Counted from the stretch's first letter, positions 19,407 through 29,971 are shown. The stretch is DNA of 32,000 nt from Candidatus Nanosynbacter lyticus (GCF_000803625.1 NZ_CP007496.1:270001-302000); one strand, 5' to 3'. The notes: a model not told the origin generated them from the sequence alone. Translations and numbers: made by a program.

Positions 19407-19862
19407 TCATGTATCAATTCGCGTTATGTTTGCCAGGGCTTTATTGTAATACACAACATCGTCGCCTTCCTCTGGTGTTCGCGCTGTAAATCCTAGCTTC
19501 TCCCAGAATTTTTTAGCCCCATCATTGCTATTGAATACTAGCAATGCAACCTTATTAATGCCTTCTTCGCTTAAGGCCTTTAGTGCTGATTCGGCCAATT
19601 TTCGGCCAATTCCCTGTCTCTTATATTGCTCGGCGACCGCGGTATGATAAATATAGCCGCGCCTACCGTCGTGACCGGCTATAATCGCTCCGGCGATCTC
19701 TCTTTCTTCTGTTGCTACAAAACATGTTGTCGGGTTGCGGTCTAAGAATCTGCCAATTCCCTCTTCTGAATCATCCAGGTTATTTAGGCCCATGCCTGCG
19801 CTTGATGTCCAAAGTTCATAGACTCCAGGATAGTCGGTAATTGTCATTGGTCTGATTTCCAT
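19407..19862 (-). CDS. GNAT-family N-acetyltransferase
   Basis: IYHTAVAEQYKRQGIGRKLAESALKALSEEGINKVALLVFNSNDGAKKFWEKLGF; SD AGGAGGAGG. Confidence 0.93.
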   Translation of the reverse strand: MEIRPMTITDYPGVYELWTSSAGMGLNNLDDSEEGIGRFLDRNPTTCFVATEEREIAGAIIAGHDGRRGYIYHTAVAEQYKRQGIGRKLAESALKALSEEGINKVALLVFNSNDGAKKFWEKLGFTARTPEEGDDVVYYNKALANITRIDT

Positions 19863-19886
19863 AATTGTCCTCCTCCTGAGGGAATA

Positions 19887-22403
19887 TTATAACACTCTGT
19901 CAGTTAATTTTTGTCTGGTCCACCACTTATGAATCTCACTGGTGGCAATTGGAATAATTAGCGAAGCTAGACCAATGGTAGTCATGTGGTGTGTGGCGAC
20001 TTTGTGGATGTGTAGTAGTTCACCGAGCGGCCCAAACAGTACCAGGGCTTGCAAAATTAACGACATTGCTATTCCAATGTAAAAGCTACGATTCATCACT
20101 TTTAGGCGTGTAAAGACAGAATCTTCATCACTCCGGGCGTTAAAAGCATTTGCCCATTGGCTAACTACCAGAGATATAAACGCCAACGTTTGCGCGTAAT
20201 CATGACCGTAATGCTTTTCGAAGAACACATATGTAATTAGTGCAATTGCTGCCATTGTGCCGGCAGCTACAGCCATTCGCCAAATCATAATCTTATCTAA
20301 AATTGGTGTGCCAGGACTTCTGGGTGGTTGTTTCATGACATTTTTCTCAGCTGGCTCCAGACCAAGCGGAATCACCATTGACGTGTCAGTCACCAAATTT
20401 ACCCATAAAATTTGCACTGGTTCCAGCGGCGTTTTAATGCCAATCAGCAGCGCGCCGATCATTGTAATCAGCTCGCCTGTATTGGTAGATAAAAGATAAA
20501 ATAACATCCGCTTGACATTGGCGATAATTGTCCGGCCTTCTCGCATGGCGTCGATAATTGTTTTGAAATTGTTGTCTAGCAGGATTATTGCTCCGGCGTC
20601 TTTTGCGATGTGTGACCCTGAGCCCATAGCAATCCCAACATCAGCACCAGACAGCGCTGGTACATCGTTAACACCATCTCCAGTCATGGCGGTAATATTG
20701 TGACGCTTTAATATGGTTAAAATCCGGTATTTTTGTTCTGGAATAACGCGCGAAAACACTTTTGTCCGTTCGATTATTGCGTCCAATTGGTCGTCAGTCA
20801 TCTTCGACATTTCTCGGCAATCAAAAACCTCTTCTCTGCCTTCAATCATACCAAGTTGTTTGCCAATTTGATATGCCGTTTCGAAGTGGTCGCCAGTGAT
20901 CATGCGTACCGAAACGCCTGCTGAAATTGCTGATTTTATAGCACGAGAAGCCTCTGGTCGCAAGACGTCGGCTACCGCCACAAGCCCTTTAAATTGCAAT
21001 TTCTGACGCGATATTTTAGAGAAGTCAGTCGGAATTTCTGCATCGTCGCTGATTGCCAGACCAACTACACGGTATCCCTTTGAGGTTAATTCGGTAATTG
21101 CTTGCTTGGCGCGTTTGGATTCTGTGGCTGGTAATTTGCAGCGCTTGATAATTTCTTCTGGGGCGCCCTTGTAATATATTTTATAGCTCGCTCCATTATG
21201 CCAAACGGCAGCTGACATCGAGAAGTCTTGATTAAATGGCAATTCTGCTGCTGGTAGCCCGCGGACGCCAGTACCATTTTTTCGAGCAAAATTGTCCAGT
21301 GCTATATCTAGCGGGTCGTGACTTTTGCTGTCGCCGCGATTAACAAAATACGCTATGGTTTTTGATAGATTATTACGCTTCTCTGGAGTCCAGATATCCT
21401 GGACAGTCAATAAATTTTTCGTTAGCGTGCCGGTTTTATCTGTAGCGATAGTGTTAATTACGCCAATGGTCTCAATTGCCCTCATTTGATGGACTAGCGC
21501 CTTTTTCTTGGCCATTCGGCGCATTCCCAGCACTAAAACTACGGAAATTGCAATTGGCAGACTTTCTGGCACGGCGCTTACGGATAGCGCAATCACAAAG
21601 CGTAAGCTGTCTAAAACATCCATGCCGCGCAGCAGGCTTAAACAAAACGCCACAGTCGCCACTGCACTAACGACAGCGATAATTTTGGTAATTAATTTAT
21701 CGATTTTCTGCTGGACTGGACTTTTGGCGATTTCTTTTTTTGACAGTGCGGCCAGATTACCAAACTCTGTTTGATTGCCAGTTGCTGTGACGACACCTGC
21801 TCCAGTGCCAGATACTATGAACGAACCTTGAAATAGCATATTGGTGCGCTCGTAAATCTGCTGCTCACCCTCTAATTTATCACTATTTTTGCCAATTGGG
21901 ATTGATTCGCCTGTCAGCTGAGACTCATTGATACGGAGGTTTGTGGCTTTAATTAGCCTAATGTCAGCTGGTACTTTTTCGCCTTCGGAAAGATTGACGA
22001 TATCACCGGGGACAAGCTTTGCGCTGTCAATAGAAATAATTTTTCCCGCTCTTAAAACGTCAACTTTTTGCGCATCATGGCGCGACAAGCTCCTGAGTAC
22101 TCGGTCGGTTGAGAAGCGCTGGACGTAAAAAATTACAGCAGAAATTATTAAGATGATTAGGATAATGACGGCATCAATTATTTCGCCATGAATGAGACTG
22201 ACTATTGTAGCCAAAATCAGTACTAGTGAAAAAATATCCATAAATGGTTCAATGATTTTTCGCCAAAGTGGTTCGGATTGGAGTTTAATAACGTTTTCTC
22301 CAAATTTTTTCTGGCGCTTTTTTACTTCACTCATCGCCAGTCCCTCTCGTCGCGAGCCTAATTTTTTCAATGTTTCATCAATTGATAAATTATAAAAAAG
22401 CAT
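19887..22403 (-). CDS. P-type ATPase, Ca2+/PMR1-like (P2) type
   Basis: INESQLTGES, ATDKTGTLTKN, MTGDGVNDVPALSGADVGIAMG; canonical N-terminal cation ATPase region present. Confidence 0.95.
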   Translation of the reverse strand: MLFYNLSIDETLKKLGSRREGLAMSEVKKRQKKFGENVIKLQSEPLWRKIIEPFMDIFSLVLILATIVSLIHGEIIDAVIILIILIISAVIFYVQRFSTDRVLRSLSRHDAQKVDVLRAGKIISIDSAKLVPGDIVNLSEGEKVPADIRLIKATNLRINESQLTGESIPIGKNSDKLEGEQQIYERTNMLFQGSFIVSGTGAGVVTATGNQTEFGNLAALSKKEIAKSPVQQKIDKLITKIIAVVSAVATVAFCLSLLRGMDVLDSLRFVIALSVSAVPESLPIAISVVLVLGMRRMAKKKALVHQMRAIETIGVINTIATDKTGTLTKNLLTVQDIWTPEKRNNLSKTIAYFVNRGDSKSHDPLDIALDNFARKNGTGVRGLPAAELPFNQDFSMSAAVWHNGASYKIYYKGAPEEIIKRCKLPATESKRAKQAITELTSKGYRVVGLAISDDAEIPTDFSKISRQKLQFKGLVAVADVLRPEASRAIKSAISAGVSVRMITGDHFETAYQIGKQLGMIEGREEVFDCREMSKMTDDQLDAIIERTKVFSRVIPEQKYRILTILKRHNITAMTGDGVNDVPALSGADVGIAMGSGSHIAKDAGAIILLDNNFKTIIDAMREGRTIIANVKRMLFYLLSTNTGELITMIGALLIGIKTPLEPVQILWVNLVTDTSMVIPLGLEPAEKNVMKQPPRSPGTPILDKIMIWRMAVAAGTMAAIALITYVFFEKHYGHDYAQTLAFISLVVSQWANAFNARSDEDSVFTRLKVMNRSFYIGIAMSLILQALVLFGPLGELLHIHKVATHHMTTIGLASLIIPIATSEIHKWWTRQKLTDRVL

Positions 22404-22415
22404 AAGCTTATTATA

Positions 22416-22444
22416 TGAAAAAAAGCCCTCACCCGCCAGTGAGG
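22416..22444 (-). terminator. Terminator after greA, adjoining the -10 of the downstream ATPase gene
   Basis: Minus strand CCTCAC-TGGCGG-GTGAGG-GCTTTTTTTC. Confidence 0.75.
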
Positions 22445-22472
22445 ACTAAACTGTTGTGGTGGACAATCCAAG

Positions 22473-22931
22473 TTAGCGAATATTAACTACCTGTAGTTGC
22501 CTGGTGGCTAAGCCGTTTTTCCAGGAAACGGTTTCGGACTTTTTATGGTTAAGCAGGCTCTTCCCTAATGGACTATCCACAGAAATCCTGCCGTCTAGTG
22601 GATTAGCTTCCAAGCTATTGACTAGTGTGTAGCGGAATATTTTTCCCTGTTGATCCATTAAATCCACCACTGAGCCAATAGCGATTCTCAGACGATCCCG
22701 TTTTCGCGGTAGAGGCTTAGCATGGCGTAAAATATCCTTCTTCGTGAAAATTTTTGATTGAATATTTTCTAGTTGTGTAATGACGTCGTTACGATGGAGC
22801 TTGTCGTCGCGGGACTTGGCGCGTCCTATTTCCTTTAGCTCGGCGATCAGCGACTTCTCTTCCATCTCCAAACGCGAGATTTCCTTATGCAGTTCCTTAA
22901 ATCCTTTTTTACTTAAAAATGTTGTACTCAT
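22473..22931 (-). CDS. greA: GreA/GreB-family transcription elongation factor
   Basis: Coiled-coil N-terminus; IAIGSVVDLMDQQGKIFRYTLVNSLEANPLDGRISVDSPLGKSLL; SD GAAAGGGG before ATG 22931 (track start is 22958). Confidence 0.9.
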   Translation of the reverse strand: MSTTFLSKKGFKELHKEISRLEMEEKSLIAELKEIGRAKSRDDKLHRNDVITQLENIQSKIFTKKDILRHAKPLPRKRDRLRIAIGSVVDLMDQQGKIFRYTLVNSLEANPLDGRISVDSPLGKSLLNHKKSETVSWKNGLATRQLQVVNIR

Positions 22932-23008
22932 ACTTCCCCTTTCAGACTGGCAATCCAACCAATCAATAATCCCATTACAACATCCAATTCTGAAAATTAG
23001 CTGAAAAT

Positions 23009-23959
23009 TTAAATAATAGGTAAAGAAATTGTAAAAATGGTTGAGGTTTTAGCGGTGCTTACGGATATTTGACCGCCTAAAGCCTTGGCTAATTGTTCGG
23101 CTAGTGGTAGTCCTAAGCCGTAGCCTTTTGTTTGTTGATTGCCGCGAAAAAATTGCTCGAACACGTGCGGCAGATTCTGCTGGGAAATTGCGCCGTCGTT
23201 AGTAAAATGCACGGTGATATTCTGTTTCGATGGCAGTACCTGGATTTTTACCGGCGAATTCTTCGGGCTGTGTTTTAATGCATTGTCAAGTAAAATCGCG
23301 CACAGCTCCCGCGTTGCGGCTTGGTGAAGAGAGATATTTGTGTGTTCCGGGCAATTCATTTCCGTGCGGGTTTCGGCTTTTCGTTCGCGGATGAGATTGG
23401 ATATCAATTCTGCCAAGTCGAAGCTTTTATCTTCCAGCGCCAGCCTGTTCTCTGTTCGCGACAATTCTAAAAGCATGGCGGTCAGCTCGGTCAATTTGTT
23501 AATTTCCTCCAAATTGCTTTCCAGCGTTTCCGTTAGTTCCGCCCGCGGCGTTTTCGGGTTTTTCAGCGCCAGTTCGGTCTCTGCTTTCATAATTGCCAGC
23601 GGCGTGCGCAGTTGATGACTGGCGTTGGAGACAAACCGCGACTGGGCTTTATGCGCCGCCTCAATCGGCCGCAGCGTAATCCTGGCCAATAAATACGAGC
23701 AAGCGCCGCCCGCCAGCAGCACGATGAGATTGATATAGCCCAAGCTAATCAGCAGATTGCGCGTCGAAATATCCATCCGTTCCGACAAATCAATGCTAGG
23801 AAAATCGTTGCCGCGCTGAATGATAATTTTATGGATTTGCGCGTCAACTTCCGAGCGCGCCACTTGAAAAATAATACTGCTAAACAGCAGGCTGACGATC
23901 ATTAAAATCAGTAAATACCAGCCCGCCAATTTAATAGTTGCCGAGGTAAAAATTTTCAT
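23009..23959 (-). CDS. Sensor histidine kinase
   Basis: Two TM helices, VSNASHQLRTPLAIMKAE H-box, N-box ELCAILLDNALKHSP, G-box TKGYGLGLPLAEQL. Confidence 0.95.
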   Translation of the reverse strand: MKIFTSATIKLAGWYLLILMIVSLLFSSIIFQVARSEVDAQIHKIIIQRGNDFPSIDLSERMDISTRNLLISLGYINLIVLLAGGACSYLLARITLRPIEAAHKAQSRFVSNASHQLRTPLAIMKAETELALKNPKTPRAELTETLESNLEEINKLTELTAMLLELSRTENRLALEDKSFDLAELISNLIRERKAETRTEMNCPEHTNISLHQAATRELCAILLDNALKHSPKNSPVKIQVLPSKQNITVHFTNDGAISQQNLPHVFEQFFRGNQQTKGYGLGLPLAEQLAKALGGQISVSTAKTSTIFTISLPII

Positions 23960-24624
23960 GCTTCAATCCGGTAACCGAAGCCGCGGACGGTTTTTATCAA
24001 TTGTTTTTTGAACGGCTTATCGATTTTTTGGCGCAAGTTTTTTATGTACGCCTCGACATTATTCGGTAAAATATCGGCATCAAAATCCCAAACATGGTCG
24101 ATTAGCATTTCCTTGCTGAGAATTTGGTTCGGGTGCTGCATCAAATATTCCAGCAACGCGTATTCTTTACTAGTCAAGTCGATAGTTTTTCCGGCGCGCA
24201 TCACGGTTTGCTGCTGCTTATCAATCGTCAAATCGGCAATTTTCAGAACATCCGGCCGCTGAATTGGCGGCCGGCGCAGTAAGGCTCGGACTCGCGCCAG
24301 CAGCTCGTCAATAGCGAACGGCTTAACCAAGTAATCATCCGCGCCCGCGTCCAGCCCGAAGGTTTTATCCTCGGTGGCACCCAGGGCTGTGAGAAATAAA
24401 ATCGGCATGCTTTTACCGTTTTTCCGCAGTTTTTTAACAATTTCCACACCCTCCATACCCGGCAGCATCCGGTCAACGATTAGTAAATCGTACGGCTGGC
24501 TGTCCGCCAAATTAAAGCCCTCTTCGCCGTCATTAGAGATATCAACGGCGTATTTTTCGCGCTTGAGAGATTCGGAAATCACCCTTGCTATTTTTCGTTC
24601 ATCCTCGATGACTAATAGTCTCAT
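23956..24624 (-). CDS. OmpR/PhoB-family response regulator
   Basis: Receiver DLLIVDRMLPGMEG; winged-helix C-terminus; 4-nt overlap with the kinase. Confidence 0.96.
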   Translation of the reverse strand: MRLLVIEDERKIARVISESLKREKYAVDISNDGEEGFNLADSQPYDLLIVDRMLPGMEGVEIVKKLRKNGKSMPILFLTALGATEDKTFGLDAGADDYLVKPFAIDELLARVRALLRRPPIQRPDVLKIADLTIDKQQQTVMRAGKTIDLTSKEYALLEYLMQHPNQILSKEMLIDHVWDFDADILPNNVEAYIKNLRQKIDKPFKKQLIKTVRGFGYRIEA

Positions 24625-24644
24625 ACTGTATCTATTATACCCTT

Positions 24645-24673
24645 TTTACGTTTGTTAGGGATAGTGCTATAAT
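24645..24673 (+). promoter_or_regulatory. Promoter TTTACG-N17-TATAAT for the ABC operon
   Basis: -35 24645-24650, -10 24668-24673; divergent -10 on the minus strand at 24634-24639. Confidence 0.65.
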
Positions 24674-24697
24674 TTTATTCAAAAGAAAAGGAGGTAT

Positions 24698-25447
24698 ATG
24701 TCCGGTAATAAAAAAATTGTTGAGATTCGTCATTTTAAGATGAAGTTTGGCGATAAAACAGTTATTAAAGATTTGAGCTTTGATGTTTTTCAGGGTGAAG
24801 TGTTTGGTTTTCTCGGTAGTAATGGCTCAGGAAAAACCACGACTCTTCGAGCTTTGTTGGGACTATATGAGCCAGCGGCTGGTGACCTACTAATTAATGG
24901 CAAGCCGTATGCCGTGGAGAATCAGCTGAGCCTCGGTTACCTACCAGAAGAGCGCGGGCTGTATAAAAAGGAAAAAGTGCTGGACGTGATGATTTATTTT
25001 GGTCAATTGAAAGGTCTAAATCGTAATGAAGCTAAAAAATTCTCTTTGAAATTTTTAGAGCGCGTTGGCTTAAGCGACAAAGCAAATATGCGATTAGATA
25101 AATTATCAGGTGGGCAACAGCAAAAAATTCAGCTGGGTGTAACAATTATGGGCGACCCAGAATTGCTGATTATGGATGAGCCGACCAAGGGTTTTGACCC
25201 GGTGAATCGTCGGTTGCTGATGAATATCATTGAAGAGCAGCGAAAAGCTGGCACGACGATTATTTACGTCACGCATCAAATGGAAGAGGTTGAGCAATTG
25301 TGTGATCGACTGATTTTATTAAAGGAAGGTCAAGCAGCGGCGTACGGCACGCTGGCAGAGGTGAAAAAGCAGTTCGGTGGTGCTTCAATGGACGATATTT
25401 TTGTCAAAGTGTATGGCGGCGAAGATAAGGAGTTAGGTGATGAGTAG
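24698..25447 (+). CDS. ABC transporter ATP-binding protein (NatA-like)
   Basis: GSNGSGKTTTLRALLG, LSGGQQQKIQLG, LLIMDEPTKGFDP; SD AAAGGAGGT. Confidence 0.95.
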   Translation: MSGNKKIVEIRHFKMKFGDKTVIKDLSFDVFQGEVFGFLGSNGSGKTTTLRALLGLYEPAAGDLLINGKPYAVENQLSLGYLPEERGLYKKEKVLDVMIYFGQLKGLNRNEAKKFSLKFLERVGLSDKANMRLDKLSGGQQQKIQLGVTIMGDPELLIMDEPTKGFDPVNRRLLMNIIEEQRKAGTTIIYVTHQMEEVEQLCDRLILLKEGQAAAYGTLAEVKKQFGGASMDDIFVKVYGGEDKELGDE

Positions 25448-26672
25448 AATGCATAATTTAGGTACAGTCTTCAAATTTGAGACGATCCGAGCTTTGAAAA
25501 AGCCAACTTTTTGGCTGATGGCATTGGGTTTCCCTCTGATGATAGCGGTGCTTTACGGCATCATGTTTTGGTCACAGAGTACGACAATTCAGGCATCAAA
25601 AGAATTGGACAAGCAAGAATTCTCATTAGAAATTACCGACGATTCAAAGTTAATATCTTCAGAGCTACTCGCAGCAGTTAAGGCTAAGCCAGCTCAATCA
25701 AAAGAATCTGGCATTAATGACGTAAAAAATAACAAAGTAGATGCTTATATTTATTTTCCAAAAGACATAAGCCAGCAAAAAGTTGAAGTTTACGGTAAAG
25801 ATGTCGGTCTGTTCCAGAACGGTAAATATGGCGCAGTGGCGCAGAGCCTGCTGAGTAAATCGGTAACTAATAACATTAGTCCAGCAGAAGTCACTATTCT
25901 TCAAAACAAAGTCCAATTATCGTCAACTACTTATCTTGATGGTAAGGAGCATGGCGGCATTAATGAAATGATAGCGCCAGGACTATTTCTAGTGATTTTG
26001 TTCATGCTGATTAGCTTCTTTGGCAATCAAATGCTAACCAGTACTACTGAAGAAAAAGAAAATCGCACAGTAGAGATGTTGCTGACGACGGTTAAAACTG
26101 ACACATTAATTACAGGAAAAATATTATCACTGATGGTGCTGGCCTTGATTCAGATATCGATAGTTGTTTTGCCTGTCGTGGCGGGATACCTGGCGTTTGG
26201 GTCAAAGCTACAATTGCCGAATATGGATTTGAGCGTACTTGTATTTGATCCTGTGAGGATTAGCTTGGCGATAGTAATTTTCTCAGCCAGCTTCATGCTG
26301 TTTACGGGCATGCTGGTGACTTTGGGCGCAATGATGCCGACCGCTAAGGAAGCGAGCCAATGGTTTGGCTTGGTGATGATGTTATTTGTTGGACCACTTT
26401 ATGGCATTACAGTTTTTGTGTCGTTCCCTGACTCGTTCTTTGTTAAGTTCCTATCGCTATTTCCGTTTACTGCGCCAATTCCGTTATTGTTAAGAAATGC
26501 AGTCGGCAATTTGCCAGTCTGGGAAGCATTGCTGGGCGCGACAATTTTGGTCGTTACGGCAGTGTTTGTCATGTGGCTATCGGTGCGCGTTTTCCGCTAC
26601 GGTGCTATGTCGTATGATAATAAACTATCCCTATCAACATTGCGGATGAAAAGGAAAGCTGGTAAGGTTTAA
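25437..26672 (+). CDS. ABC transporter permease (NatB/ABC-2 type)
   Basis: N-terminal TM, large extracytoplasmic domain, TM cluster with EEKENRTVEMLLTTVKTDTLITGKIL. Confidence 0.93.
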   Translation: MMSRMHNLGTVFKFETIRALKKPTFWLMALGFPLMIAVLYGIMFWSQSTTIQASKELDKQEFSLEITDDSKLISSELLAAVKAKPAQSKESGINDVKNNKVDAYIYFPKDISQQKVEVYGKDVGLFQNGKYGAVAQSLLSKSVTNNISPAEVTILQNKVQLSSTTYLDGKEHGGINEMIAPGLFLVILFMLISFFGNQMLTSTTEEKENRTVEMLLTTVKTDTLITGKILSLMVLALIQISIVVLPVVAGYLAFGSKLQLPNMDLSVLVFDPVRISLAIVIFSASFMLFTGMLVTLGAMMPTAKEASQWFGLVMMLFVGPLYGITVFVSFPDSFFVKFLSLFPFTAPIPLLLRNAVGNLPVWEALLGATILVVTAVFVMWLSVRVFRYGAMSYDNKLSLSTLRMKRKAGKV

Positions 26673-26674
26673 AT

Positions 26675-27808
26675 ATGAAAGTACGTATTGAAATAGACAC
26701 AAAAACGTTCGTGCGGTTTTGGCTAGTAGTAATGGGTTTTGGCCTGGCTGGCCTAGCAATTTACTCCGCAAAGGATGCGCTTATCTTGTTGGGGATTTCC
26801 TTATTCTTAGCGCTAGCCTTGAATCGACCAGTAGCAGCTATTGCTAAAAAACTACCAGGTAAAAGTCGATTGGGCGGCACAGCGCTGGCTTATACGACGT
26901 TAGTCCTTTTATTGGGCTGTGTGGCGTGGTTTGTGGTGCCGCCAATCGTCCAGCAATCCGCCAAATTTGTTGAAAGTGTACCGAGCTTGATTGACCAAAC
27001 TGGCTCACAGTGGCATGGATTTAATGAGTTAATTGATAAAAACGGTTTACGTCCGCAGGTTGACGCGACGTTAAATAACCTGAAGCAACAGGCTTCGTCT
27101 TGGGCTGCTAGTGCTGGTACTAGCTTGATCTCAAGCGTAGGTTCATTGGCAGCATTTCTGGGGTCATTATTCTTGGTGCTAGTCCTGTCATTCTTGATGC
27201 TACTGGAGGGACCGATGTGGATGAAACGGCTATGGGGTCTTTATAACGACCAGGAAAAAATGGAGCGACATAAAAGACTGGTTGGGCGCATGTATAACGT
27301 AGTCACGGGATATGTCTCTGGCCAATTAACAGTTTCTGGAATTGATGCGATACTGTCGGGATTTGTGGTGTTCGTGCTCAGTCTGGCATTTCCGGCTATT
27401 GATTCAAACTTGGCGATGTTGACCGTCATGGTTACCTTCGTGTTGACGCTTATCCCAATGTTTGGCGCAACATTGGCTGGGTTGCTAATTGCGCTACTGC
27501 TGTTCTTCAACAACGTCACTGCTGGTGTGATCTATGCCATATATTTCATCGTCTATCAGCAGATTGAGAACAATTTCATCGCACCGTCAATTCAGTCAAA
27601 GAAATTAGAACTATCGGCGCTGATGGTGTTGTCGTCAGTGACAATCGGTCTCTATGTTGGCGGGCTTTTGGGAAGCTTGATTGCCATTCCGACGGCTGGC
27701 GTAGTTAGGGTGTTGCTGGAGAATTATTTGGAACAGGCTCGACTAAATCGTATTGAGAGTGAAAAACCGCTGAATAAATTAATGAAGAAATTGAAAAACG
27801 AAAGTTAA
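26675..27808 (+). CDS. AI-2E family transporter/permease
   Basis: Multi-TM, FLVLVLSFLMLLEGP and IPMFGATLAGLLIALL...GVIYAIYFIVYQQIENNFI family pattern. Confidence 0.9.
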   Translation: MKVRIEIDTKTFVRFWLVVMGFGLAGLAIYSAKDALILLGISLFLALALNRPVAAIAKKLPGKSRLGGTALAYTTLVLLLGCVAWFVVPPIVQQSAKFVESVPSLIDQTGSQWHGFNELIDKNGLRPQVDATLNNLKQQASSWAASAGTSLISSVGSLAAFLGSLFLVLVLSFLMLLEGPMWMKRLWGLYNDQEKMERHKRLVGRMYNVVTGYVSGQLTVSGIDAILSGFVVFVLSLAFPAIDSNLAMLTVMVTFVLTLIPMFGATLAGLLIALLLFFNNVTAGVIYAIYFIVYQQIENNFIAPSIQSKKLELSALMVLSSVTIGLYVGGLLGSLIAIPTAGVVRVLLENYLEQARLNRIESEKPLNKLMKKLKNES

Positions 27809-27827
27809 TTAAATCCAGAATGAAAGT

Positions 27828-27853
27828 ATAGCCCGTTGGATTCAGCGGGCTAT
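27828..27853 (-). terminator. Probable terminator hairpin between convergent genes
   Basis: ATAGCCCG-N10-CGGGCTAT, 8-bp stem overlapping the cysS stop codon. Confidence 0.5.
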
Positions 27854-29283
27854 TTCCATGCCCAAATGCTGCCGCTTGGCGTATCGCGAATGGTGATGTC
27901 AGCGACCAACAGCTCGTCGCGAATGCGGTCAGACTCTTGCCAATCTTTTTCAGCACGGGCGTTGCGGCGTTGGATGATCAGTCTCTTCAAGTCGTCGGTA
28001 ATATCAGGGGTCGATTCCGCCAAGTCTAGGCCCAAAACCTCGTCAATAATCTCAATCAATTGCGACAAACCACCGCGATGGATTTTTTCTAACGGCGCGT
28101 GATCTAGTAGTGAAAACGCCTCATCAATCAGCGCCAACGCCCCTGGCGTATCCAAGTTATCATTCAACTTTTCAACCAGCGCCTGCCGCGCCGCCAGCAG
28201 CGACACCGTACCCTCCTGCTCATCTTTCTCGTCATCATCATCCAGCGTGTCGTGCGTCTGGTGTCGCAGAGCCGCATAGCCGCGCCAATGATCCAACCGC
28301 GCCTGGGCTGCTTCCAAAATCTCCCAGGTAAAATTCCCCTCGGTTTGGTAATGCTTGCTGAGGATTGCCAGCTTAAAGGCCATCGGACTGAATCCGCGCG
28401 CCGTGATGTCGCTGAGGGTGATGATATTACCCAGCGACTTACTCATCTTTCGGCCGTCGACCTTGATGTGGTTATTGTGCAGCCAAATTTGAGAAAATTG
28501 TTTTCCAGTCAGGCTCTCGCTTTGGGCAATCTCGTTGGTGTGATGTACTGGAATGTGGTCAATGCCGCCGGTGTGAATGTCTATTTGGTCGCCCAAAGTT
28601 TCACGAGCAATTGTACTACACTCCAAATGCCAGCCCGGAAAGCCAACGCCCCACGGGCTGTCCCATTCCATGTCGCGCTTGGTGTTGGTCGGTGAAAATT
28701 TCCAGACGGCGAAGTCGGTGATGTTGCGCTTACCTGCCACGCTGACTCGCGCGCCCGCTTCTAGGCCCGCCACGTCTAGCCGCGCTAATTTACCATAATC
28801 TGCTAGCCGCGACGTATCAAAATACATGCCATCGCCATCAATCTTGTATAACAATCCCTTCTCGTCTAGTCCGCGGGCAAAGTCGATTTGCTGCTGGATG
28901 TAGTCCGTTGCCCGCACCAAATGGTCGGGCTGCACTAATTTCAACACCTCGTAGGCTTCGTGCTCGGCGATGGCGATGTACTGCTTGGCCACGTCCCAAG
29001 CGGTTTTACCCTCGCGGCGCGCCCCCTTCTCCATCTTATCCTCACCACCATCATCATCGCTAGTCAAATGCCCAACGTCGGTGATATTTTGCGTGCGAAT
29101 CACTGGAATATCTTGCCAGCGCAGTAACCGCACCAATACATCCCAATAGATATAGCCGACCCAGTTGCCAATGTGCGGCTGCGAATACACAGTCAGCCCG
29201 CAGGTGTACATGCGAACCGTCTGCCTGTCGAGCGGCATCAGTTTGTCTTTGTGGCGAGTAAGAGTGTTGTAGAGCTGTATCAT
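27850..29283 (-). CDS. cysS: Cysteinyl-tRNA synthetase
   Basis: MYTCGLTVYSQPHIGN, GWHLECSTIARETLG, HTGGIDHIPVHHTNEIAQSE, KMSKSLGN. Start revised from 29319 to ATG 29283 because the promoter TTGAAA-N17-TACAAT occupies 29291-29319. Confidence 0.95.
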   Translation of the reverse strand: MIQLYNTLTRHKDKLMPLDRQTVRMYTCGLTVYSQPHIGNWVGYIYWDVLVRLLRWQDIPVIRTQNITDVGHLTSDDDGGEDKMEKGARREGKTAWDVAKQYIAIAEHEAYEVLKLVQPDHLVRATDYIQQQIDFARGLDEKGLLYKIDGDGMYFDTSRLADYGKLARLDVAGLEAGARVSVAGKRNITDFAVWKFSPTNTKRDMEWDSPWGVGFPGWHLECSTIARETLGDQIDIHTGGIDHIPVHHTNEIAQSESLTGKQFSQIWLHNNHIKVDGRKMSKSLGNIITLSDITARGFSPMAFKLAILSKHYQTEGNFTWEILEAAQARLDHWRGYAALRHQTHDTLDDDDEKDEQEGTVSLLAARQALVEKLNDNLDTPGALALIDEAFSLLDHAPLEKIHRGGLSQLIEIIDEVLGLDLAESTPDITDDLKRLIIQRRNARAEKDWQESDRIRDELLVADITIRDTPSGSIWAWK

Positions 29284-29290
29284 CAACTCT

Positions 29291-29319
29291 ATTGTACGGT
29301 ACGCGGGTTGGTTTTTCAA
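29291..29319 (-). promoter_or_regulatory. cysS promoter TTGAAA-N17-TACAAT, -10 seven nt from ATG
   Basis: -35 29314-29319, -10 29291-29296 on the minus strand. Confidence 0.65.
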
Positions 29320-29437
29320 AATTGATATAAAAATAACCCCGGATGGGTCTTGATAACAATTTCAGGGAATAGCGACAAGCAGCCTTTATAAAAAAGAACA
29401 ACTTGCCGCTATTGCATGCCGAGTAGGACTCGGATTA

Positions 29438-29971
29438 TCAGTCTTCGGCTCCCTGCTTACACATCAGCATATGATAGAAGTGCTCGAGGTACTGGTTGTG
29501 AAGTGCCACTGTAACCTCTTCAAGCACAAACTCGTAAGCTAAGGCCATGAAGAGAGCGAGCCGAAGGCATACAATGCCGCCGATGCCTTTGTTAGCTACA
29601 TTTTCTAAGACGGGTATCTCAATACGATCCCGCAAAATGCGCTTAACATAGGCTGACGTGATGGATAGGTCGTTTGAGTTTGTACTTTCAATCTCTGGAC
29701 ATCCTCCTCCGATCTGTCGATATGCGGCCATAGTAAAGATTGCACATTCGAATTCATCCAGCGCACTAGACAAGTCGTGCTTGTCGGCGGGTCCGAACGC
29801 TCTACCGTAAGATTCGACTAATTGTTCAGTAGCCTTGTCTATAGATTCAAGCATTCCCCAGTATTCCTCGTTAACGAAGATCGTCGTTAGGGTCTTAGTG
29901 GGGGATTTTGAAAGAGCGTTGGTCAGGACGTATCCTTGACACTCCCCTGTAGAAGGGTTGATGAGCTTCAC
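29438..29971 (-). CDS. Hypothetical protein, 177 aa (GTG start)
   Basis: Intact ORF; SD GAGAGGAAAGG upstream; no recognised motif. Confidence 0.7.
   Translation of the reverse strand: MKLINPSTGECQGYVLTNALSKSPTKTLTTIFVNEEYWGMLESIDKATEQLVESYGRAFGPADKHDLSSALDEFECAIFTMAAYRQIGGGCPEIESTNSNDLSITSAYVKRILRDRIEIPVLENVANKGIGGIVCLRLALFMALAYEFVLEEVTVALHNQYLEHFYHMLMCKQGAED

Noticed and set aside
21400-21500. VPESLP in the P2 ATPase (instead of the usual PEGLP) as evidence of novel ion specificity
   Set aside because: A single substitution in the motif is insufficient; all other catalytic motifs are canonical.
29230-29283. HIGN instead of HIGH in CysRS as an unusual catalytic site
   Set aside because: HIGN-type variants are known in class I synthetases including CysRS; zinc-ligand and KMSKS motifs are intact.
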